A stretch of 64,000 bases of DNA from NCBI GenBank assembly GCA_963666565.1, contig OY762911.1, positions 1,120,001 to 1,184,000 on the forward strand. Reading direction: 5' to 3'. Shown here in pieces: positions 42,670 through 52,622 of this stretch. Below the pieces are notes generated by a model that saw nothing but the letters and a program-made list of their open reading frames with translations, searched no databases and was not told the DNA's origin. Position 1 is the first letter of the stretch, and each line of letters opens with the position of its first letter. The DNA is from Thermoanaerobaculia bacterium (lineage in GTDB: Bacteria > Acidobacteriota > Thermoanaerobaculia > Multivoradales > Multivoraceae). The position numbers and the translations under genes were made by a program.

Positions 42670-42966
42670 TCAGCCGGGCCGGCCGGTCAGCCAGTTCAAC
42701 GGGCGGATCTGACTCTCCGCGATGATCCCCGCCTGGGCGTAGGGACTGCCGGCGACGAAGGCGCTTGCGGCCTCGAGCGAGGGCGCTTCGAGCAGCAGGA
42801 GCAGGCCGTTGGGGCCGCCGCTCTCGCCCATCGTCTGTCCTCCGTGATGAAGCGTGATGTCGGGGTGACTGGCGGAGTCGTGCAGATAGGCGGTGAAGTC
42901 GCTCTGCAGACCGGCCCGTTCCTCCTCCGTTCCGGCCTTGTGGGTGGCGACGACTACGAGGTACAT
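42670..42966 (-). CDS. YciI-family protein
   Basis: 98 aa; 'GLLLLLEAPSLEAASAFVAGSPYAQAG'. Confidence 0.7.
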   Translation of the reverse strand: MYLVVVATHKAGTEEERAGLQSDFTAYLHDSASHPDITLHHGGQTMGESGGPNGLLLLLEAPSLEAASAFVAGSPYAQAGIIAESQIRPLNWLTGRPG

Positions 42967-43227
42967 GAAACTCCTCTCTTTCCGGTTCGGCGAACCTGAG
43001 TTTGGGTCGATTCGGACCAGCAGGCCCTCAGTGGCGGTCGTGTGGCCACCATCTGTAGCCTACAGGACCGGCGCCCAGACGGGCTCATGCGGCGGAGCCT
43101 CGGCCGTGCGGCATGGGCGGATCCTAGCCACGGCCGGGACGCTTACCCTGGTCGCGGCGGGTTGCGGACTGGCGAGTCAGTGCCCAGCGGCTTGACAGCC
43201 TGGTCGTGAGGTCGCCAGAGTCGAGCG

Positions 43228-43467
43228 ATGAGAGCGCTTCCAATGGCCGAGTTGAAGGCCAGGTTCTCGAAAGTCCTCGCCGAGGTGCGTCGGGGCGAGC
43301 GCATCGGCACCCTGGACGGGAGATCGAAGACCCCGGTCGCCATGATGGTTCCGTACAAGCCGGAGCCCGCCGGCCGGCGTGAGCTCGGTTTCCTCGACGG
43401 GGAGGTCGCGATCGAGTTCACCGATGGCTTCGACATGACCGAGGTGGAGTTCTTCGGCGGTGCGTGA
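43228..43467 (+). CDS. Phd/YefM-like antitoxin (orphan)
   Basis: 'MAELKARFSKVLAEVRRGE...PVA...RRELG'; TTGACA upstream at 43192. Confidence 0.8.
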   Translation: MRALPMAELKARFSKVLAEVRRGERIGTLDGRSKTPVAMMVPYKPEPAGRRELGFLDGEVAIEFTDGFDMTEVEFFGGA

Positions 43468-43499
43468 GGGATTTGCTGGATAGGGTTAGGGTCTGGTAG
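43464..43499 (+). pseudogene. Probable stub of the cognate PIN toxin
   Basis: GTGA-coupled 'MRDLLD' resembles the VapC start MxxLLDT; stops after 11 codons. Confidence 0.4.
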
Positions 43500-43545
43500 T
43501 CGCGGGTTCGAGCGCGAGTAGAGTCGTGGCCGGGACTTCGGGGCC

Positions 43546-44916
43546 GTGCTGGTTTCGCTCTTCATCAGGAACTTCAAGAGCATTCGCGAAGCGCATGTTC
43601 GCTTCGGCTCATTCACGTGCTTCGTCGGCCACAATGGGGTCGGGAAGAGCAACCTCTTCGACGCGATCCAGTTTCTCAGCGCCTTGGCGGATCGTCAGGT
43701 TTCGGTCGCCGCCACAGGCGGGAGGCCGGCGAGCCATGGCGGCCATTCGCCTCTCGACCTCGTGTTCGGTCGGGACCCGCGACGTTCGATCGAGTTGCGC
43801 GCGAACATGGTGACGCCGCCCGAGATCGAAGACGACTTCGGTGAAACGGCGAAGCCCAGCACGACGCTCCTCACCTACGACATCAAGCTGGGCTACGACG
43901 GGGACTCGGACCGGCTGCTCGTGGAGCGGGAGAGGCTGACGTACGCGAAGCTCGGAGACTTCAAGCGCTTCACCCGTTTCAAGTCGGCGGGCGAGTTCCG
44001 TGAATCGGTGGCTTCGGGAGTTCGAAGAGGCGGGTCCCTGATCTCGACGAAGGGCGACAGGATTCGACTCCACGGCGACAGGGGGAGCCGCTGTCGTTCG
44101 GTGCCCGTGGGCAAGTCGCCGCTCACCGTCGTCGGGGGAACGAAGACATCCGATTACCCAACGGTTCTTGCCGCCAAGCGGGAGATGTCGTCATGGCGGG
44201 TCCTTCAACTCGATCCGAGCGCCATGAGGGCGCCAGACGCGCGCAGCGCGCCGACCCACGTGTCGGCTTCCGGCGCCCACATGCCCTCTACGCTCCGCGC
44301 GCTTGTCGCAAGAGAGCCGGATGTCAAGGCCGAGATCCTCTGCCGGCTCCGACAACTGAACTCCGACATTGCCGACCTGGCGGTCTACGAGGACGACGTG
44401 CGCGGTCAACTTGCGCTGCGGGCTCGCGTGTCCGGAGTCGACGAGTGGCTCTACGCGCGGTCGCTCTCGGACGGCACGTTGCGGTACCTCGCTCTCGTTC
44501 TCATGCTGGTCGACGTGTGGGATCGCGCCGTGCTCTGCTTGGAGGAGCCGGAGAACGGCATTCACCCTTCGAGAGTGCCGAATCTGGCAGAGCTACTGCG
44601 GGACTACGCCGTCGACGTCGATGGCCCGGTTGCCCAGGACAACCCGCTCCGCCAGGTCGTGGTCAACTCGCATTCCCCGGAGATTGCTAGGCAACTCTCC
44701 TTCGGCGACATCGTCTTCGTCGAACGGGCGGCGACCAAGGACGAGGGTTCCGTCAGCGTGTTCAGGCCCGTTGCCGGGGAGTGGCGGTCGAAGCCAGGAA
44801 ACGGCGACATCGCGTCTCTTCCGGTTGATCGGCAGGCGGTTGTGGACTTCATCGGGGGCTCTCCCCTGAGCCGCGAGTTCCGGCGGTTCGAACCGACGTT
44901 CGGATCGGCGACGTGA
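43546..44916 (+). CDS. ABC-type (AAA_21/AAA_15-like) ATPase
   Basis: Walker A 'GHNGVGKSN', signature 'LSDGTLR', Walker B 'LEEPENGIHP', 'NSHSP'. Confidence 0.88.
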   Translation: MLVSLFIRNFKSIREAHVRFGSFTCFVGHNGVGKSNLFDAIQFLSALADRQVSVAATGGRPASHGGHSPLDLVFGRDPRRSIELRANMVTPPEIEDDFGETAKPSTTLLTYDIKLGYDGDSDRLLVERERLTYAKLGDFKRFTRFKSAGEFRESVASGVRRGGSLISTKGDRIRLHGDRGSRCRSVPVGKSPLTVVGGTKTSDYPTVLAAKREMSSWRVLQLDPSAMRAPDARSAPTHVSASGAHMPSTLRALVAREPDVKAEILCRLRQLNSDIADLAVYEDDVRGQLALRARVSGVDEWLYARSLSDGTLRYLALVLMLVDVWDRAVLCLEEPENGIHPSRVPNLAELLRDYAVDVDGPVAQDNPLRQVVVNSHSPEIARQLSFGDIVFVERAATKDEGSVSVFRPVAGEWRSKPGNGDIASLPVDRQAVVDFIGGSPLSREFRRFEPTFGSAT

Positions 44917-44978
44917 GGTTGTCTGTCATGCACGCCTTGATCGAGTCCCACCGAGCCGAAGTCCGCGCCAGCGCTCGC

Positions 44979-45560
44979 CTATTGTCCCCGCTGCAACACC
45001 GGATAGAACTGCGTGAACACATTGTCCGTCGCCGCATGCTCCGCGTGGCAGTCGTAGCACCGTTCCTTCGGGAACGCTGACGCCGACTCTCTCAGCCCGC
45101 CGGACCGGTCGCGGAAGCTGAGGTAGGCCCAGCCTTCGGGGTACCGCTCGCTGTCCTTGACGGCCGCTTCCATGCCTAGGAAGTCCTTCTCGAAGAAGCC
45201 TGCCTGGTTGATGGACTCGCGGGAGCCGGGGCGGAAGACGTCCATGGGAAGCATGGTTCCCTCTGGGAACTCGCCGGTCGCCATGAAGTAGCGGTACGCC
45301 TCCGGCTGGATGTAGACGTTGGTGAAGGCGCCGGGGCCTTCGCGCTCGGCGGCGTCTTCGTCGTAGCTGAGGCCGAGGGATGCTCCGACGAAGACCCAGG
45401 TGCGGTAGCCGTCGGGGCGGATGAGGTCGCCGTCGGCGGTGTAGGTGGGCATGGCCATGCCGTCGAGCGGTGGCCGGGCGTCGGCAGGTGGCTCCTGCGC
45501 GACCATGACGATGGCGGCGACCAGCGCGATGACTGCGGCCCCGATGACGATCTTGCGCAC
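44979..45560 (-). CDS. Cytochrome P460/c'-beta family protein
   Basis: Signal peptide; 'RPDGYRTWVFVG', 'FTNVYI', 'FPEGT', 'VKDSER', 'WAY', C-terminal CYDCH and 'FTQFYPVL'. Confidence 0.85.
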   Translation of the reverse strand: MRKIVIGAAVIALVAAIVMVAQEPPADARPPLDGMAMPTYTADGDLIRPDGYRTWVFVGASLGLSYDEDAAEREGPGAFTNVYIQPEAYRYFMATGEFPEGTMLPMDVFRPGSRESINQAGFFEKDFLGMEAAVKDSERYPEGWAYLSFRDRSGGLRESASAFPKERCYDCHAEHAATDNVFTQFYPVLQRGQ

Positions 45561-45612
45561 TGTAGATCCCCTCAGAGTTTCGGATGACCTTGATGTCGAG
45601 CGGTCTGCTCGG

Positions 45613-46197
45613 CTACGAAGCGTCGGCGCCGTTCTTGAGCGCGTCCACGAACCCACTGAAGCTCGGGCTTCGTTGCTCGATGGTACGCCCGTCGAGTCGC
45701 TTCGCAATCTCCTCGGAGGTCCGGGCCGTGTAGACGCGTCCTCCCAGGAGGTTGATCAGATGCCGTTTCGGGTCGTGAATCGTGTCCGGACTTGATGGTT
45801 CCGCGCTGCCCAATGAGCGGTCCAGGTACTGGCGAAGGTTCTCGCTGTCGGCGAAGAACCAGGCCTCCAGGTGTTGTTGCGCGTAGGCGAAGAGGACGTC
45901 CGCCGCCACGGTTTGTTCGACTCGCTGCGGCAGTTGTTCCTGGAGGGGGGCGAGGACGTCGTCGGGCGCCGCCTGATCGACGTCCACGAGCACCACGAAC
46001 TTCGTCGGTTGGACGGGGTAAGACTCGTACCAGGCCGACTTGATGATGCCCTCCACCACGTTGGCGCGGAGTTGGCGGTGCCGAGGTGGGATGCGAACGT
46101 CCAGCGTCATTCCGCTCTTGGTGAGGAACGAGACCAGATGCGGAAGAGCTCGTCGCTCGGTGTCCCCGGACGCCACAACGACCACATGCTTGTTCAT
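45613..46197 (-). CDS. DUF4276/RloB-like (TOPRIM-like) protein
   Basis: 'VLVDVD', 'LEAWFFAD', 'DPK', 'SPSF..F'; ATGA-coupled to the ATPase. Confidence 0.75.
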   Translation of the reverse strand: MNKHVVVVASGDTERRALPHLVSFLTKSGMTLDVRIPPRHRQLRANVVEGIIKSAWYESYPVQPTKFVVLVDVDQAAPDDVLAPLQEQLPQRVEQTVAADVLFAYAQQHLEAWFFADSENLRQYLDRSLGSAEPSSPDTIHDPKRHLINLLGGRVYTARTSEEIAKRLDGRTIEQRSPSFSGFVDALKNGADAS

Positions 46198-47330
46198 TCC
46201 GCGCCGAAACCCTTCGTCTCGTAGAACTCGCCGAGACCGAAGCCGGAGGCGTCGAGCGCACGCCGCACGCTTTCGGGATCTTCCTTGGCGAGGACCATTG
46301 TCGCGCCGTCTGTGCCGCGTTGGACGACGCGAACTGCCGCCGGGTCGTCCAGGGCGTCAAGCAACATGGGCGAGTGGGTCGTGACGACGAACTGCACGCG
46401 ATCCCTGGCGCGCATCAGATGTTCCGCGAAAGCGCTCAGCGCCGTCGGATGGACGTAGTTCTCGGGCTCTTCGATGCCGATGAGGTTCGTTTCCGGCTCG
46501 GCGAGAAGAGCGGTCATCAGAGCCAGCATGCGCAGCGTGCCACTCGACACGCCCATCTGATGGACCCGAAAGTCGAGCCCCGGTTCCTGCTGGACGAAGT
46601 AGGTGCGGTCGTCGGACTCTCGCAATTCGATGCTGGAAGGCAGGCCTAGGACCGACTGCGTAGCGTCGACGATTCCCTCGAAGATCTCGGGCGACGAGCG
46701 CTGCAAGGCGTGGAGGGTCTCGGCTAGGTTCCTGCCGTACGGATCCAGCTTCGAGGAGTTGAGGCTGGACCAGTCCCGGCGTAGCAGGAAGGGACTCGGG
46801 TCGAAGAACCCCCAGCGCCGGACGAACTGGGCGACTTCGCGCGCTTCGAACGAGACGTGATCTGCGGCCGCCGCGAGGGCACAGGCTGTGGGCTCCTGTT
46901 TGAGATAGACCTTCTCTTCCCGTTCGGGGGACCACCACCAGCCGTCACCGCCTTGGGCCTCGAGCAGCGTTGCCGGTGGTTCCTTGGACGACCGCTGGGA
47001 AGTCAGGCGCTCTTCGACGCGGAAGTCGTACCCGTGTCTGACGAGGTTCACTTCCCACTCGTAGGTCGCGTCGCCGTCGACCACGGTTGCGGTCAGGTCG
47101 GTCCGTCGCGCCTCTTCACCCTTCCACGCCAAGTGGATGATCCCGCCTCGCGCGTACATCGGCTGGCGAAAGTCGCGGCTGGCGGCGCCCTCGTGGAGAA
47201 AGCGGAGCGCGTCCAGCACGTTGCTCTTGCCTGCGGCGTTGGCGCCGATGAGCAGGTTCAGAGGCCCGATGTCTATGGCGTCTCTGCGAACGCTTCGGTA
47301 GCGACGTGCGGAGAGCCGGGTGAGTTTCAT
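46194..47330 (-). CDS. ABC-type (AAA_21-like) ATPase
   Basis: 'GANAAGKSN', 'VSSGTLR', 'IEEPENYVHP', 'TTHSP'. Confidence 0.88.
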   Translation of the reverse strand: MKLTRLSARRYRSVRRDAIDIGPLNLLIGANAAGKSNVLDALRFLHEGAASRDFRQPMYARGGIIHLAWKGEEARRTDLTATVVDGDATYEWEVNLVRHGYDFRVEERLTSQRSSKEPPATLLEAQGGDGWWWSPEREEKVYLKQEPTACALAAAADHVSFEAREVAQFVRRWGFFDPSPFLLRRDWSSLNSSKLDPYGRNLAETLHALQRSSPEIFEGIVDATQSVLGLPSSIELRESDDRTYFVQQEPGLDFRVHQMGVSSGTLRMLALMTALLAEPETNLIGIEEPENYVHPTALSAFAEHLMRARDRVQFVVTTHSPMLLDALDDPAAVRVVQRGTDGATMVLAKEDPESVRRALDASGFGLGEFYETKGFGAE

Positions 47331-47400
47331 GGGCGGAACTCCGTTGGGTGGTGGTCGCCAGGAACCATGAGCCTAGCCTGTATCGAGGGCTACCGGGGGC

Positions 47401-47455
47401 CGCCGCTTCGCGGCGCGGTCTTCTCGGAAGCGGGTCGGAAGACCCGCGCACCCAG
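47401..47455 (-). repeat. REP-like element
   Basis: GCGGGTCGGAAGACCCGCGCACCCAG plus CGCCGCTTCGCGGCG module. Confidence 0.8.
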
Positions 47456-47474
47456 TGCCCGAGCACACAGTGGG

Positions 47475-49811
47475 TCAGGTCCAGGTCAGGTCGTGCCTTG
47501 AGATCGGCAGGGAGCGGATCCGCTTGCCGGTCACGGCGAAGATCGCGTTGCACAGGGCCGGCGGGACCGGCGGCAGCGCGGGTTCACCCAGGCCGGTCGG
47601 CTGGTTGTCGCTCATGACCCAGTGGACTTCCACGGGCGGCGCCTGGTCGATGCGGAGCAGCTTGAAGTTGTGGAAGTTGCTCTCGTTCGTGCGGCCGCCG
47701 TCGAAGGTGATCTCCTGGTCGAGCGCCTGGCCGAGGCCGTCGAGGGCGGCGCCCTGGACCTGGTTGACGGCGTTGCTCGGGTTGACGAGCTGCCTGCCGA
47801 CGTCGCCGGCGACCCAGATCCTGTCGACGCCGAGTTCGCCCTCCTTGCTGACGGTGGCCTGGACGACTTCGGCGAAGTAGCCGCGGTGGCTGAAGTGGAA
47901 CGCGACGCCCTGGGCGGTGCCCTCGGGCAAGTCCGCCTTGCCCCAACCCGACTTGTCGCGCACGAGTTCGAGCACGGCCTTCATTCGCTTGGGGTCGAAC
48001 GCGGTCCTGGTCCCGGCGGGAGCCGAGTCGAGCAGGTCGAGCCGGAACTGGAGCGGGTCCTTGCCGGCTTCGGCCGCGAGTTCGTCGATGAATGACTGGA
48101 CGACGAAGGAGATCGCGTTGCTGGTCGGAGCACGCAGCGCCCCGGTCGGGATGCCGAGCGGCATCTTCGAAGCCTGGAGCGCGAAGTTCGGCACGAAGCC
48201 CTGCGGGAACTCGTTCGGCATCATCTCGGCGCTCGGGGCGAACCGCCGGCCCTTGCCGAAGCTGACGAAGTGGTCGCGCCACGCCGTCAGTTTGCCGGCC
48301 TCGTCGAGACCGCCCTCCAGGTAGTGGTAACCGCCGGGGCGGAAGTAGTCGAAACGCGTGTCGTCCTCGCGGTTCCACACCAGCTTGACCGGGACTCCCG
48401 CCTGCCGCGCGATCAGCGCCGCCTCGAGCATGTAGTCCCAGTACAAGCGCCTCCCGAAGCCCCCTCCCATCCGGGTCAGATGGATCGTGATCCGGTCCTC
48501 GGGAATGCCGAGCGCCTTGGCAAGGTCTCCGCGTGCGAACTGTGGAGTCTGGATCGGTGCCCACATCTCGAGCCCGTCATCGTGGAAGTGTGCGGTCGTG
48601 TTCTGCGGCTCGAGCGGCGCGTGGGCGAGGAAGGGGTACTGGTAGGCGGCGTCGATCGTCTTCGCCGCCGAGGCCAGGGCCCCGGCCGCGTCGCCGTCGT
48701 TCCTGAGATCCTGTTCCGGTGCCTGCTTCGACAGCTCTTCGGCCTGCCGGTCGAAGGCTGCGCTGCTCTGGGACGTGGTCGGCCCCTCGTCCCATGTGAC
48801 TTCCAGCTTGCTGCGTGCTTCGTTGACCAGCCACCAGGAGTCGCCGACGATGGCGATGCCGTTTGGCAGCCCGACCTGGAACATCGAGGGCGCGGGCGCG
48901 GCGCTTCCCGCCTGAGCGGTCGAGTCGACGACGAAGGCGTCGGTGACGCCGGGCGACGCCTTGACCGCGTCGAGGTTGGCGCTCTTTACCTTGCCGCCGT
49001 GGACCCGGCACTTCTCGAACACGGCGTACTTCATGCCGGGCACGGTGACGTCGATGCCGAAGAGCGGCTTGCCGGTGACGATCTGCGGGTTGTCGACGCC
49101 GGGAATCTCCTGGCCGACGATCGTGAAGTCCGCGGGCGTCTTGAGCGGTACCGTCCGCGGATTCGGCGGCTCGACCTCGGCCGCGGCGCTCGCCAGCTCG
49201 CCGTAGGACAGCGACTTGTTCTTGAAGTGGACGGCGCCGGCTTCGGTGGTGCACTTCTCGGGCTTGGTCTTCCACTCCTTCGCCGCGGCTTCGACGAGCA
49301 TGGCGCGGGCGGCGGCGCCCACGCGGCGCATCGACTCGTAGTGCATCGGCGTGGCCATGCTGCCGCCGGCCATCTGGCCGCGGTACTTCGTCGAGTCGAA
49401 GTCCGCCTGCTCGACGCGCACCTGGCTCCAGGGGATGTCGAGTTCCTCGGCGATCAGCATCGGCAGCATCGTCTTGACGCCCTGACCGATCTCGGGGTTC
49501 TGGGCCATGATCGTCGCGATGCCGTCCGGCGTCAGGCGGATGAAGGCGTTGAGCGCCGTCTCGGTATCGGCGGTGGCGGCGACCGCGCCGCGTGCGCCGT
49601 CGAGCGAGAAGCGCGCTCCGAGGAGCATGCCGCCGCCGGCCAGGGCCGTGACGTGAAGGAAGCCGCGCCGGGAGAGGTTGCCTGCGTCGTTCGTGGCAGT
49701 CGTGCTTGGCTGCTTCCCGTGCCGGGAGAGGCCGCCTGCCTCGTTCGCGCCTGTCATGCCGCGGTTCCGCTCGCGCAGGGAGAGGTTGCCTGCCTTGTTC
49801 GTGCCAGTCAT
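47475..49811 (-). CDS. Xanthine dehydrogenase-family molybdopterin subunit (IorB-like), Tat-exported
   Basis: 'SRRGFL', 'EIGQG', 'MGGGFGRR', '[16 protein letters not shown]'; ATG 49811 overlaps the small-subunit stop. Confidence 0.9.
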   Translation of the reverse strand: MTGTNKAGNLSLRERNRGMTGANEAGGLSRHGKQPSTTATNDAGNLSRRGFLHVTALAGGGMLLGARFSLDGARGAVAATADTETALNAFIRLTPDGIATIMAQNPEIGQGVKTMLPMLIAEELDIPWSQVRVEQADFDSTKYRGQMAGGSMATPMHYESMRRVGAAARAMLVEAAAKEWKTKPEKCTTEAGAVHFKNKSLSYGELASAAAEVEPPNPRTVPLKTPADFTIVGQEIPGVDNPQIVTGKPLFGIDVTVPGMKYAVFEKCRVHGGKVKSANLDAVKASPGVTDAFVVDSTAQAGSAAPAPSMFQVGLPNGIAIVGDSWWLVNEARSKLEVTWDEGPTTSQSSAAFDRQAEELSKQAPEQDLRNDGDAAGALASAAKTIDAAYQYPFLAHAPLEPQNTTAHFHDDGLEMWAPIQTPQFARGDLAKALGIPEDRITIHLTRMGGGFGRRLYWDYMLEAALIARQAGVPVKLVWNREDDTRFDYFRPGGYHYLEGGLDEAGKLTAWRDHFVSFGKGRRFAPSAEMMPNEFPQGFVPNFALQASKMPLGIPTGALRAPTSNAISFVVQSFIDELAAEAGKDPLQFRLDLLDSAPAGTRTAFDPKRMKAVLELVRDKSGWGKADLPEGTAQGVAFHFSHRGYFAEVVQATVSKEGELGVDRIWVAGDVGRQLVNPSNAVNQVQGAALDGLGQALDQEITFDGGRTNESNFHNFKLLRIDQAPPVEVHWVMSDNQPTGLGEPALPPVPPALCNAIFAVTGKRIRSLPISRHDLTWT

Positions 49812-50320
49812 GCCTCGCTCCCTCCCGCGCCGGTCGCCGTTTCGTGGCCGCCCGCCGGCGGCGCCTGCGCGATGTCGGCGGCGCGGTGAATCGCCGTCCG
49901 GATGCGCGTGTAGGTCGCGCAGCGGCAGATGTTGCCGCTCATCGCCTCGTCGATGTCGCCGTCCGTGGGCTGCGGGTTGCTCGCGAGGAGCGCCGAGGCC
50001 GACATGATCTGGCCGGCCTGGCAGTAGCCGCACTGCGGTACGTCGATCTCCTGCCAAGCGAGCTGCACGGGATGGGCGCCGTCCTCCGACAGGCCCTCGA
50101 TCGTCGTGATCTCCTTGCCCTCGGCGCGCGAGACCGGCATGCGGCAACTGCGCTCGGGCTCGCCGTCGACGTGTACGGTGCAGGCCCCACAGAAGGACCG
50201 GCCGCAGCCGAATTTGGTGCCCTTGAGATCGAGTTCGTCGCGGAGGACCCAGAGCAGGGGCATCTCCGGCGGCGCGTCGACCGTCGTCGACTTGCCGTTC
50301 AGGGTGAAGGCGATCGCCAT
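49808..50320 (-). CDS. (2Fe-2S)-binding small subunit (IorA-like)
   Basis: 'GTKFGCG..FCGACTV', '[11 protein letters not shown]', 'NICRC'. Confidence 0.93.
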   Translation of the reverse strand: MAIAFTLNGKSTTVDAPPEMPLLWVLRDELDLKGTKFGCGRSFCGACTVHVDGEPERSCRMPVSRAEGKEITTIEGLSEDGAHPVQLAWQEIDVPQCGYCQAGQIMSASALLASNPQPTDGDIDEAMSGNICRCATYTRIRTAIHRAADIAQAPPAGGHETATGAGGSEA

Positions 50321-50463
50321 GTTCGTTCTCCTCGAGGGCCGTTGCGGGGCGGCGACTTGCTGGCCGATCATACAGTTGGCGAAACGCGGCGCGCGCTTCC
50401 TCGAGCGGGAAGCTCTCGAAGCCGGGAACCGGTAGCGGCGTTTAGGCCGGCGGTGATTCTCTC

Positions 50464-50506
50464 GCCGCCTTCGGCGGCAAGCGGGTCGGAAGACTCGCGC
50501 GCCCGG
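50464..50506 (-). repeat. REP-like element, right-arm form
   Basis: GCCGCCTTCGGCGGCAAGCGGGTCGGAAGACTCGCGCGCCCGG. Confidence 0.8.
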
Positions 50507-50511
50507 CGGTC

Positions 50512-50916
50512 CTACTGGCGAGACGCCAGCAGAGCGACGTCCGGCAGCCGCGCCGCCTGCCGGTCGAAGGTGTAGAGCGGCACGGCGCCGGCCCGGCTCG
50601 CCGCGGCCGCGATCATCCGGTCGGCGAAGTCGGCGCCGCCGCGCCGGTAGCCACCAGTGGCCTCCGCTACGTCGCTCGCGCACTCGATCTCGACCGCCGC
50701 GACATGGAGGAGTTGATCGAGGAGGGTGGCGATCCGTTCTCGCCCAAGGCGGAAGGTGTACTCCAGTGCCCAGACCAACTCGACCAGGACCTCTCGACTG
50801 ATGAAGCCCGGTTCGTCGAGCGTCAACTGCAGCATCAGCCTCTCGGCCGCCCCCGCCTGCTCCTCGTCGTCCCGAAGCAGAAACCGGAGGAGGACGTTCG
50901 TGTCGAGAGCGATCAT
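50512..50916 (-). CDS. PIN-domain (VapC-like) toxin
   Basis: '[11 protein letters not shown]', 'VELVWAL', 'DFAD', 'YTFD'. Confidence 0.9.
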   Translation of the reverse strand: MIALDTNVLLRFLLRDDEEQAGAAERLMLQLTLDEPGFISREVLVELVWALEYTFRLGRERIATLLDQLLHVAAVEIECASDVAEATGGYRRGGADFADRMIAAAASRAGAVPLYTFDRQAARLPDVALLASRQ

Positions 50917-51245
50917 CCGCGACCGGCGCCCCGGGCGACTGCTCGCTCCGCCTCCTCAAGCGTCTCCGGCGACCAGTCGTCCCCCAGGGCGCTACGGCAC
51001 GCTCCTTCGATGATGCCGCGCTCCATGTCTTCCAGGGTCAGGGGAGGACCGTCGTACTTCAGGATGCCGAACAGGCGGCTGAGCGGAAGCACCGGCGCGA
51101 TGCGCACTTCCCCATCGTGGACGAAGTAGCGCACCTTGTCCCCTGCCTTCAGGTCGAGCGCGTCGCGCACCTCCTTGGGCAGGGTCGTCTGTCCCCGGGA
51201 GGTAACGGTCGATTCCGGCAAGCGGGATGGGAGTCGTGCGTTCAT
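50913..51245 (-). CDS. AbrB/MazE-family antitoxin
   Basis: '[25 protein letters not shown]'; ATGA overlap with the PIN gene. Confidence 0.9.
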   Translation of the reverse strand: MNARLPSRLPESTVTSRGQTTLPKEVRDALDLKAGDKVRYFVHDGEVRIAPVLPLSRLFGILKYDGPPLTLEDMERGIIEGACRSALGDDWSPETLEEAERAVARGAGRG

Positions 51246-51552
51246 TCCTCAAGTCTGCATTACTCTGTGATCCGATGCAAGGCTGCTCGGCGCGCCGCCA
51301 CCCGGACGACGGGGCTGCCGGCACAGCCGCCGGCCTGCCTCGCTGCGGCCGCGATCAACCGCGACCGGCGCTGCCGGCGGCTCCCCGCTCCGCCTCGTCG
51401 AGCGTCTCCGCCGGTCAGGCGCATCCGGGGGTTCGTTGCGTTTCCGCGGCCCAGGGTCCTAGACTTCGCCGGCCGAAGGAGTACGGCGACGGACAGCGTC
51501 GTCACGGGCAGGGCGATCCATGTCCTGCGCAACCGTCTGTGGGAGCGGGAAG

Positions 51553-52440
51553 ATGAGGTCGTGGTTGCTGATCGTGTCGTTGCTGGTCGCCGCGCCAGCG
51601 TCGGCGGAGGAATCCGGCCGGGGCTTCTACCTGGGCTTCGGCTTGGGCGCGACGCGCGCCGACGCGCTGGACATTCCCGGATGGGGCGTCAACCAGGGGA
51701 CGAGGTGCGACGTCCAGCAGGAAGAGGGGGCGACGGACCCGACCTGCTCCGACGGCACGCCCAGCATCATCGGCGTCACGGCGTTCGACGCCGCGTCGGG
51801 CGACGCCTCGGGGTTGCGCTTCGGCTACGACTTCGGCCGCTACCGGCTGGAGCTCGAGAGCGTGCTCCGCCACGGCGGCGAGCGCTCGGCGGCCCCGCTG
51901 GGCGTGGGGCAGGACGAGGGGCTGGCGAGCAAGGGCTCGGAGTGGAGCGACTCGATGCCGCCGGCGGCGCTGTCGGGCTTCCGCGGGCAGGAGCTGTTCC
52001 TCACGGTCCTGCGCGAGTGGCGTGCCGGGGAGCGCTGGACGCCGTTCGTCGGCGTCGGGGCGGGCTGGTCGCGCATCCGGGCGCGCTACGCGATGACCTT
52101 CATCCGCAAGACGCTGGAGGAGGGCTACCAGGACGTCGAGCCGCCCCTGACGGTGGACGACCGACCGGCGGAGGCGGCGGGGACGGTGAGTGTGTTCGAC
52201 CAGACGTTCCGCGGCGACGTGTTCGGCTGGCAGGTCGTGCTGGGCGCCGAGTACGCGGCGACGGAGCGGACCGCGCTGCGCTTCGGCCTGCGCCGGGCGG
52301 ACTTCCGGGACCTGGCCCGCACGGGAACCTGGGCTTCCGTTCGGAGCAAGACGCCGCCCGGCGACACCGGCGACATGCCGGTCGAGTTCCGCGGCCTGGG
52401 CTACGCGGCGGTGGACGTCGGCCTGACCCATCGCTTCTGA
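51553..52440 (+). CDS. Outer-membrane beta-barrel protein, copy 2 (paralog of 39868..40755)
   Basis: Same length (888 nt) and long identical peptide blocks. Confidence 0.8.
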   Translation: MRSWLLIVSLLVAAPASAEESGRGFYLGFGLGATRADALDIPGWGVNQGTRCDVQQEEGATDPTCSDGTPSIIGVTAFDAASGDASGLRFGYDFGRYRLELESVLRHGGERSAAPLGVGQDEGLASKGSEWSDSMPPAALSGFRGQELFLTVLREWRAGERWTPFVGVGAGWSRIRARYAMTFIRKTLEEGYQDVEPPLTVDDRPAEAAGTVSVFDQTFRGDVFGWQVVLGAEYAATERTALRFGLRRADFRDLARTGTWASVRSKTPPGDTGDMPVEFRGLGYAAVDVGLTHRF

Positions 52441-52447
52441 CCCTCCG

Positions 52448-52590
52448 CTGGGTACGCGGGTCTTCTGACCCGCTTCTGGAGCGAAGCCGCGAAGCGGCGC
52501 AGCGCGGACAGAGGGCCGCCGCCCAGGTGCCGGCGACGATGCTGTCCGCCGCCTTCGGCGGCAAGCGGGTCAGAAGACCCGCGCACCCGG
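52448..52590. mobile_element. ~143-bp composite REP doublet
   Basis: Inverted ends and internal modules as at 23720. Confidence 0.8.
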
Positions 52591-52622
52591 TGCTGGGTGG
52601 TAGCTTCGCCGACACGTACGGC

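Noticed and set aside
51117-52622. Apparent 768-aa fusion ORF
   Set aside because: Alternative frame across the barrel gene and a repeat; the real gene starts at ATG 52623
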